From positions 1 to 15,881 of the forward strand of contig RHPI01000896.1 of NCBI GenBank assembly GCA_009103225.1: a stretch of 15,881 nucleotides of DNA, written 5' to 3'. Position 1 is the stretch's first letter. Each line of letters starts with the position of its first letter. Shown one piece after another: positions 1 through 8,267 of this stretch. Made by a program: the position numbers and the translations under genes. Below the pieces are notes generated by a model. It was not told where the DNA came from. It made no database searches and worked only from the letters and a program-made list of their open reading frames with translations. This stretch comes from Chlorokybus atmophyticus (Eukaryota; Plantae; Mesostigma and Chlorokybus algae).

Positions 1-523
1 CTACACACCGACTTGTGTAGCGCCTTGGATCGTCACACAAGCAAGTACACACCAGTGGCCACACGCTAGCAACCCCTGCTAACCATCACCAAGCTTGCAC
101 ACAAGAAACTAGGGAGCTAAAGGTTGTTTTGCAAATTGTAGAATGTCACTTTTATACCTACCAGTCTGCACATGCTACTGTCTAGACGATTCTAGCGCTA
201 GACGGACCTAGAAGCTAAGATATTCTTGCAGAATCTTGTAGTACACTTCTAGACCTTTCCAACGCACCAAAGATCTCCTAATTTGCTGCTCATATGGTCA
301 AGTTATACTACTTGGCGCCAGGCCCTTCCAGAAATCTGGTCGAGCCCTTCTCGACTGGCCCTCCGTTTTCTGGCACCTTCCGGACTGGTCTTGGGGCCCC
401 GGTCGATATCCGCGGCAGACTCATAACTCGCCGATATCCGCCACAAGTCATTAAAAACATGTACCTTACAAATAAGGCCTAAAACGGCCATGAAAATCAC
501 AGAATTTGGCCTTGACTATTACA
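1..523 (-). mobile_element. LTR of an LTR retrotransposon (5' LTR of an element extending left of the window, or a solo LTR), truncated by the window start
   Basis: Reverse complement of 4396-4918 with 7 mismatches (positions 46, 54, 59, 75, 86, 128, 518) and no indels. On the minus strand it starts TGTAATAG at 523, matching the TGTAACAG start of the complete copy. No polypurine tract lies to its right, so it is not a 3' LTR. Confidence 0.85.
150..156 (-). promoter_or_regulatory. TATA-like box of the left LTR copy
   Basis: TTTTATA on + (TATAAAA on -), the mirror of 4763-4769. Function is inferred from motif and position only. Confidence 0.4.
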
Positions 524-879
524 GCCGATTGCTTACTGTCACTTACAACACGCTCCACGTGCATGCCACCAACGATATGGCGCAAATGCACACTCCACAC
601 AAGCCAAAGTTGCCATTGTTGCCGCTTCACCCCTCGTCTTCAGAACCGTTCAACCTGCTGCATACTATGCTTATGTAGCGTCTGCAACAAACACTGCATA
701 CCAATGGGTGCCATCAGGAACAGGCAGGTGAGTGGTTGAGAATGGTACCCTCCATGCAGACAGCACGCTATAACAACATCCTACCTGCACTCATATCTGG
801 TCATCATGGTGGCCCGTAGCCGTGACGTGGAGAGTGCCACCCTCCACGCGCAGCAGTGCGTGGCACCTCGAAGGCCTCT

Positions 880-1590
880 CCCCACCCACCCCTTTCCGTG
901 AAAGTATACACAAATGCACGCACTCACAACCACCTACCCACACGCACCACACCAACCCACAAGCCCACCGACACTCTTTTACCAACCAATGCGCACACAT
1001 GCGCCCAAACCCGTACCGACCACAATGCCGACACGCACACCGCTGCGCACATGCGCCTCACACACACCGGCGCGCCCACCCACCCACACCTGCATGTGGC
1101 ATTAGGAACACAAACAAACATTCTCGTGACGCGCATGCACGTATTCCACCACCCGCCCAGACGTGTGCGCACCTACCCCGGGTGCATGAGTGGCACCGTA
1201 CCACCCATGCATGTGGCATGGGGCCCACGCCCACGCCCACGCACTTGCACAAGCCTTCTACACACCTGCACGCGGGTAAGCACACGCTCACGGCGACGCA
1301 TGCACGCATACCCCCCATGGGGCCTTGCCACACACACACACATGCATGCGCACGCACCACTCTTCCCCCCTTTTGCGCCTAGACATACACGCTTACATTG
1401 CTCTAACCACATAACCACGCACCGACCCACAATAAAAAACTCACACCCATGCCCACGTGCACACCTACACGCCCACAGCCACGCCACAAACACGCCCACG
1501 TCTTTGTACACACCTGCATGCGCACAAACTCAAGGACACGCATGCCCACATGTTACCCCGCCCCTCCCCGGTGCACACAAACAGCCATAA
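880..1590. repeat. CA-rich low-complexity region (CACAC/GCATGC/CACGC motifs)
   Basis: Dense CA/CAC/GCAC repeats with recurrent CACACCTGCA. This composition explains the His/Thr/Pro-rich ORFs here. Boundaries are approximate. Confidence 0.8.
1259..1343 (+). repeat. 85-bp dispersed repeat, copy 1 (identical to 11248-11332)
   Basis: TACACACCTGCACGCGGGTAAGC...CCCCCCATGGGGCCTTGCCACACACACACACAT matches 11248-11332 base for base. Confidence 0.9.
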
Positions 1591-2486
1591 CAACAGTGCG
1601 GGCGCGCACGCTTGCAAGGCGTCACTTGCTGACCAGTGTCTTATTGTGTGTGCGTGGTGCAGCAAGGTTGCTGTAGAGTTTGTGCTGTGCACGTGTTCTG
1701 GGACTACCTCACTTTGACGGCGAGCGCTGGTGCGACTGTGCTGCACCTTATGCAGTGTCCTTGTAAAGTGCAAGTACCAGTGCATGTGCCAGAAACCACA
1801 GATTCACTCAGATACCTGTGCCATCATACACACACAGCTTGCGTGCGTGCGAGCAAGTTAGAAGCAGAAGTAGGGTGCGGCAGAATACGTAGCCCGCAGT
1901 CGCATCTCTCCTGCCAATGAAACTGACAGACGGTTGCAATGCGTTCATCATAATGGTGACTTACGCTGAGCCTCTCTTGCCTGCGTGACATTGCCGTGCT
2001 GGTTACGTTTGGTCAATCAACTGCGAGTTGTCCAACTGCCAACACATGTATTACAACATGCATACTATTGCGGCAACAGCGGCTGCCTCAAAGGCCTCCA
2101 ATCACCAAACTGGTAGCATTCTGAAATGAGAGCTGATAAGCTGTTCATGAACATTTGCCCTGCGGACGTCTCAGTCCATCTATTGAATTGGTGCGTGCGC
2201 ACGCATGCGTCTGCACTCGGCCTAAACAACAAGGATTTGCTGTAAATGTCACACTTGCAGTGTATCATTGCTGAAAAGAGGGACACGTCTCGGCCGTTAT
2301 TGATAATTCCGCATGGTAGGTGTGCTCTAAGCGCATGCTAAAGAAGACTTAAAGTCTAAGGCTGTAGCGCTCTTCATCTTAAGCAGTGTCATGCTCATGC
2401 CTGCTAGTGCTCTTCTTACTATCCGCGCTGCAACTTTCGTACCTGGTGTTGTTTGGGCAAGGTTGCATTCATCCTTTGTAGATGAC

Positions 2487-2529
2487 CTGTGAGGCTCGTA
2501 ACCATGAGGCACGGTTGCGAGCCTCGCAG
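2487..2529. repeat. Inverted repeat / hairpin, 20-bp arms, 3-nt loop
   Basis: Arms 2487-2506 and 2510-2529 give 17 Watson-Crick pairs, 2 G-T pairs and 1 mismatch. Confidence 0.8.
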
Positions 2530-2584
2530 CACGCTTAGTTGTAACTCGCCTTGGGATGCCGCATTGCAGTTGGCTGGGCCTCCT

Positions 2585-2773
<189 letters not shown>

Positions 2774-3155
2774 GTGTGCCATCGCAGTTGGCACTGCGCT
2801 TCCTGCCACATGTGTGGAGCGCTTGCGCAAGTGGGGAGCACACGGCACACCCGGCGGCCCATAGTACGCATGGCCCGTCGTAGTGCTACTAGCACTCGAA
2901 CTCTCGAAGTACTAGTAGCAGTAGTACTATTAGTATCACTAATACTACTAGCAATGGACAGCACTAGTAGTAGTACAGCATCCTGCAGGGCACTTCTTCT
3001 TTCTCATCATGGTGATGGTGCAACATTCATGCAGGCGCTCTCAATGACTGTGCGGACATGGAGGGGTGGAGAGACTATGTGTGCACACGTGCGTGCCTGC
3101 GTGGAAAGTGCACTGCTACTACGAGCACTTCTCCCAACTTGACTGCTAGTATCAG

Positions 3156-3182
3156 TATCTGCACACCTGCGAGGTGACCAAG
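3156..3182 (+). pseudogene. Possible micro-exon remnant (YLHTCEVTK) in unit 1
   Basis: CAG | 27 nt | GTGAGC. The paralogs have TAG | 27 nt | GTGAGC (7599-7625) and TAG | 24 nt | GTGAGG (12442-12465). No product can be assigned. Confidence 0.3.
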
Positions 3183-4390
3183 GTGAGCTGGTCCTTGAGC
3201 GTTCCCGCAATGGTGTCGCCCAATCATAGCGTTGAACACACCCAACTCCTCCAAGCGACCAGTGCTTCTCCACTGCAATGTTCGTGGAAGTACGTGCTGC
3301 AGATACCAAGGACAGCTTGTCACCTCAGGGCCTTTTCACATGAAAAGGGCCAATACGCACCACGTGTGCACACATCTATAGGCACCATCCGTTAGTCGCG
3401 GAGTAAGCAATTCAATGAGTTGTTCAGCGCTATCCCACGGTGTCAGCAATGGCAACAAACCTACACAACACTTCAAGCCTGCGCAAACACCTGTACGACC
3501 ACGCACCTGTACACTACAAACAATGCAAGCTGTTAGAGTGGCATTGCAGAACAAACACGAGTCTTTGCATGCCCAAGCACAATAAATAGCCACCAAAGGC
3601 AACGAGTGATTCATAAGTGTGAACCTTGGAGAAGGCTTGGGTCGCACACCTGCAACCAGCCGTGCTATATGCTACCTCATCAGCACTTACCACAGTGCAA
3701 CAAGTTGTGCTATAGTCGAGCTGCCCGTTGAGCCACATGTGCAGTTTCAGAGTAGTGTAGCTTCCAAAGGTGCCACCTGCAGTCAAATACGTCTCAGCAG
3801 CTGTGAACCTTTCAGTAACACACTTGTTCACAAATAGGATGTTTGTAGCCAGCACACAACGCAGCGCTGCTGCAGTCAGCCATTGAGCTACCAACCAAAC
3901 TATCGTACAGATTGCAGCATTCGTAAGTGCCAGCTCCTATTAAATGAGGATAGCTTGCAGCACTCTCATCCCTTGCCCGTTGATCATGTGCGTGTGCACG
4001 GCTTTTGACATTAGATTAACCACATTGACCTGTGGCAGAGAACACTCGGACTGCGCTGAAGTTTCTGCATTTTAGGAAGCGATCGTGCGTAGTGTGGGCT
4101 GCATTTGCTGACGCAGCAGCCTGGGTGGGTGGCATCGACTTATGAAAAATCTGATAAACTCGCACAACACGCGTCTTTGTGCGTAATCGGGCCCCGGGTG
4201 CACACTGTACACTCACTTCCCACAGTGTGCACGTGGCACACACTCTCTCCTGCCTGAAGCTAGTGTGGCGCAGCGGCCTTCATCGTTGACCTGAGTAGGT
4301 GGCGCACGCAATTGTGCTAAGCACTCCTCGCGGCACGATGCCTTTCGCACATGCGAGACAGCTTGATGGTCGCAATGCCCTACTGCGACG

Positions 4391-4395
4391 GTAGC
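4391..4395. repeat. Left target-site duplication GTAGC
   Basis: Direct repeat of 5068-5072. The sequence is single-copy at the homologous sites 8979-8983 and 13975-13979. Confidence 0.9.
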
Positions 4396-5067
4396 TGTAA
4401 CAGTCAAGGCCAAATTCTGTGATTTTCATGGCCGTTTTAGGCCTTATTTGTAAGGTACATGTTTTTAATGACTTGTGGCGGATATCGGCGAGTTATGAGT
4501 CTGCCGCGGATATCGACCGGGGCCCCAAGACCAGTCCGGAAGGTGCCAGAAAACGGAGGGCCAGTCGAGAAGGGCTCGACCAGATTTCTGGAAGGGCCTG
4601 GCGCCAAGTAGTATAACTTGACCATATGAGCAGCAAATTAGGAGATCTTTGGTGCGTTGGAAAGGTCTAGAAGTGTACTACAAGATTCTGCAAGAATATC
4701 TTAGCTTCTAGGTCCGTCTAGCGCTAGAATCGTCTAGACAGTAGCATGTGCAGACTGGTAGGTATAAAAGTGACATTCTACAATTTGCAATACAACCTTT
4801 AGCTCCCTAGTTTCTTGTGTGCAAGCTTGGTGGTGGTTAGCAGCGGTTGCTAGCGTGTGCCCACCGGTGTGTGCTTGCTTGTGTGACGATCCAAGGCGCT
4901 ACACAAGTCGGTGTGTAGCTTCGAGCGCATGCGCGTGCGTACGCGAGTGGCGGGGCGCGCGTGTGTGCTTGGCAGAGGGGGCAAGGTTCCGGTGTGAATA
5001 CCGTGTCTTGGTGAGAGGGTTGTGGATTGGACCAACTCACAGGTGACAAGGCACGAGCACCGTCACA
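4396..5067 (+). mobile_element. 672-bp solo LTR (Ty1/copia- or Ty3/gypsy-type; superfamily not determinable)
   Basis: Starts TGTAACAG and ends CCGTCACA (TG...CA with an imperfect terminal inverted repeat). It is flanked by a GTAGC duplication, has an internal TATAAAA, has no PBS after it and no PPT before it, and host-unit homology resumes right after 5072. Confidence 0.9.
4763..4769 (+). promoter_or_regulatory. TATA-like box in the presumed U3 of the solo LTR
   Basis: GGTATAAAAG at 4761-4770, about 370 bp into the LTR. Used to orient the element; activity is unproven. Confidence 0.45.
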
Positions 5068-5072
5068 GTAGC
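5068..5072. repeat. Right target-site duplication GTAGC
   Basis: Follows the ...GTCACA end directly and duplicates 4391-4395. Confidence 0.9.
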
Positions 5073-5373
5073 AGTACCTAGCGCTGCAGTGCACAGCTGC
5101 AGTAAGCGTTCATTGGGTGAGTTGATGAAAGCCGCTGATTGCGGTTTTTATCAATCCACTCACATAATCAGACACAGGCTGCGCAGCTTGTGTCTGAGCA
5201 CGCAAGCTGCCTCGTGTGCTGCTGCGACCTTGCTGTCAAGGGCATGCCAAATCTTACAGCATGCCAGCAGACACCAAGGCGTGCTGCTTGATTGCGCAGG
5301 ACGGTCGCACACAGCGTAGCGGCCACACAACCCCAAATGATTGCTCACGGCAAGCGTCAGCTCAGTCAAAGTC

Positions 5374-5646
5374 TCACCAGCATGCACCCAGGCATGCTGC
5401 AACAAGCAGCCTTCTCCCGCGCAAGCCACGCACTCTGAGACCGATTAGACAAGACGACACAAGCAGCGCCTCCAACCTAGTTACGAGCTGAAGCTGCTCC
5501 TCGCTCGCCCTGCGGCATGCACACCGCCACTGAAGCTGCGGCTCACAGACGCCTGACACACTCAACGCCACACTAACCGGCTTGGCGCAATGTGCTGCGG
5601 CGCAAGCTTTCGATTTAGGGCTTGTATACTGGTAACAGCTTGTCAC
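5374..5646 (-). pseudogene. Possible decayed coding remnant (EEQLQLVTRLEALLV-like), strand uncertain
   Basis: Homologous minus-strand ORFs occur in all three units (5374-5646, 9382-9645, 14369-14572) with related peptides. The plus-strand reading (KQRLQLVHELKLL-like) is equally plausible, and I recognise no family. Confidence 0.2.
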
Positions 5647-5759
5647 TAAAGTTGTATAACAGACCTTGTATTCCCTTGTGGGGACGCGTATATCAGGGGT
5701 ATTAATGGTGACAACTGGGGCGACCTGCCACTACCGGCAATGGTGCTGCATGATGCGTA

Positions 5760-6950
5760 TTAATTCTCTCAGCATGCACGATTCGAGCACAGCCTTTGGC
5801 AGTTCTCATGTGCAGCAAATGTACGTGTATGTATGCTAGCTTCTACCTCAGATTTGCGCCATAGACATAAGCTTTGCATGCCAAATGCGGATTGTGGTCT
5901 CAATTTGATACATGTAATACGGCATGCGCAAGTGATAATAATGTGTGCATTTTATTTGATGGAGAGTCATGGAGTATTTATGTTTATGCAATGCAATTAT
6001 GACACATGGAGTCTAAGTAGCAGTATTGATGCATTGCAATACATTAGCACACGTTACTATTATAAGTGAATAATTGTTTATTCATACAGGAAAAGAACTC
6101 GTGCACTTGTTTGCAAATTGCAATTGGGCATGTCATTACACTTTGTGTAGCTCAACTTTGGCAGATGTGCACATGAGCACTCCTACGTCGTATTCGCTAT
6201 GCATATCGTCTTAATGCATATTTTTACCATTTATCGCCACAATTAAATATTGAAATGAGAAGATTGCAACACACGAGCACTTTTCTTCTTAATTTCATCT
6301 TTAATATCTGATTTAACCAATACTAGTACCCAGTTAAGGCTTATATGCAATCAAATGCTCACACGATGTGAGCCCTTTCATGCTTGAAGGCAAGTTTGTT
6401 GTGAACTAGTCCGTTGATGTACATTGTTAATGTAAACATTTGGTCACCAGAATCAATCAGTTGCAAAATGTTCAATTTAATGACATGTTGTAATTATGAT
6501 ATAAAAGACATTTGAAGCATAGTACCTCATCGACGGGCATTGTTAAGAGGAATCAATTTGTTAGTGCGCTGCATACTGCATAAAATATGCTTAACAATTC
6601 ATGAACTTCATCACTTGCAATAATACATCGCAAAACAATGCATCGTATTATTGTAACAATTACTTTTGCACTGTATATATATATCTATATATATATATAT
6701 AATAAACTGCAGCAACGCTGTAACATTGAGTGTTCCCTTACAGTATTAGCGCTTAGGATTACATACAAAAGGAGTCACTCAATGATGTGGTTAGTCTATA
6801 AACTATTGCAACACATGATCAATGCATGACGTTTTCAATATATTTAACGATCATCGACAACCTTTGAGAACATTCAAACTCTCATAAACAACGGCATATG
6901 CTATTATTGTAGTCGCTTCGATACTCACTGCTTGATTAAAGTTGTTATGC
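5760..6950. other. AT-rich spacer 1
   Basis: Line 6241-6300 has 17/60 G+C against 34/60 in line 5221-5280. It shares GCTTAACAATTCATG (6589-6603) with spacer 3 (15683-15697). Boundaries are approximate. Confidence 0.75.
6674..6701. repeat. (TA)n microsatellite with one interruption
   Basis: TATATATATATCTATATATATATATATA. Confidence 0.95.
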
Positions 6951-7154
6951 AATACGGTATTGTGCCAACATCGTGGGGCGGCGGTCGTGGCGGCAGTCCT
7001 AGGCTGGGGACCGGTCCAGATGGCAGCGCCAAAGATGGAAGCGGACGCTGTGCTCGAATCGTTCAAGTAGTACTACTGCTATTGCTAGCAGTAGTAATTC
7101 TAGTATTACTAGCACTATTGGTAGTTCCGGACTGGTAGTACTGAACCACCGGGC

Positions 7155-7235
7155 GTGCAATGCGCAGTGCGTTCCCCGCACGTGCGCAAGAACTTTAAAC
7201 AAATGCGGGGAACACAGTGCGAACTGCGCTTGCAC
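7155..7235. repeat. Imperfect inverted repeat upstream of a poly-C tract
   Basis: GTTCCCCGCA (7171-7180) pairs with TGCGGGGAAC (7204-7213). The outer GTGCAATGCGCAGT pairs imperfectly with ACTGCGCTTGCAC. Confidence 0.7.
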
Positions 7236-7245
7236 ACAAGAGTCA

Positions 7246-7266
7246 CCCCCCCCCCCCCCCCNCCCC
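7246..7266. repeat. Poly-C tract with N at 7262
   Basis: Homopolymer; positionally equivalent to the poly-C at 12273-12299 in unit 3. Confidence 0.95.
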
Positions 7267-7598
7267 TCTCCTCTCTTTCTCAAAATCTGTCTTGTGTGTG
7301 CACGCGTGCACATGTATGCAATGGCGGGTGCTGGAGCATTGCTGTCAAAACTGTCGGAATTAATGGGAGGAACATCCCCAGCAGCCTCAGCCTCCTCATC
7401 AACCTGCAAAGCATCACGCTTAATTCCACGTGGACTATGCAATGTGTATGCCAGTGCGTGCATGCGTGCGTGCAGGTGTGTATTTCGGGGAGGGGGGGAG
7501 GCGGAGATGACTCTGTGCGGACATGGAAGGGGGTGTGGAGACTATGTGCGCGTTGGAAGTACACTGCTAGCACTTCACGGTTCTACTCTTAGCAGTAG

Positions 7599-7625
7599 TA
7601 CCTGCACACCTGCGACGTGGCCCAA
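7599..7625 (+). pseudogene. Possible micro-exon remnant (YLHTCDVAQ) in unit 2
   Basis: TAG | TACCTGCACACCTGCGACGTGGCCCAA | GTGAGC. Confidence 0.3.
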
Positions 7626-8216
7626 GTGAGCTGGTTATCACGCGTTCTCGCAATGGTGTTGCCAAACCATAGCGCTAAATAGACGCCCAGTCAATCCTCA
7701 TTGCCAGGCGAGTACGACGATTCGCATAAAGCTTGTGGGAGGACTTGCTGCAGATGTGAAGGCTGACTCTCTTTGCGCACAATGCGAGTGGCAAGGGGTC
7801 AAGAAGGTCACCAACAACCCATCACGAAGCCAACTAGTACGGTGTCTGCCATTCGTTACTTTCTGAAGTAAGCAGTTGTTGTGTTCAGTGCAACCAGTGG
7901 TTGGTAACGGCGAAGCATTAGCACCAAGGCTGCAGAGGGCTTCAAGCCTGCGTAAGCACTTACCTGCAGTGCACCTGTACACTTGCGTGCAACAGACAAG
8001 GTGTTGCAGTTACAATGCAGAACCTGCCAACCAGAACCATCATGCGTCTTTGCGAGCGTAAACACAATTTACACCCACGAAAGGCAACCAGTGGTCAAAT
8101 CATGTGCGTACGATGGGGCAAGCTCGGTCACACACCTTCAGACAGCTGTGTTGTGTGCTATCGGAGCAGCACTTGTCTCGAAATTCAACGGCAGCTTGAT
8201 GTCAGCTGACAGTAAC

Positions 8217-8267
8217 TTAATGACAGTTAACTGTAGCCCAAGTTGTGCTACAGTTAATTGTCATTGA
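8217..8267. repeat. Hairpin with 19-bp core arms (one G-T) and a 9-nt loop, specific to unit 2
   Basis: AATGACAGTTAACTGTAGC (8219-8237) / GCTACAGTTAATTGTCATT (8247-8265). The left arm is absent from units 1 and 3. Confidence 0.85.

Noticed and set aside
294-500. ORFs 294-482 and 303-500 and their mirrors at 4419-4625
   Set aside because: They are short, lie wholly inside the LTR, and are duplicated only because the LTR is. No recognisable motifs.
822-1590. Long His/Thr/Pro-rich ORFs (186 and 244 aa) and the Val/Cys-rich antisense ORFs
   Set aside because: CA-rich low-complexity DNA lacks stop codons in several frames at once; the translations have no domain-like content.
6932-7138. Transmembrane-like Leu/Val stretches (also near 2900 and 12142)
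   Set aside because: They are the GTA/CTA frame of the TAG/CTA simple-sequence tract and differ freely between units.
7297-7312. Short perfect palindromes in alternating purine-pyrimidine DNA (also 2192-2205 and 15849-15862)
   Set aside because: These are expected in (GT/CA/GC)-rich sequence. Z-DNA potential is generic and not specific to this locus.
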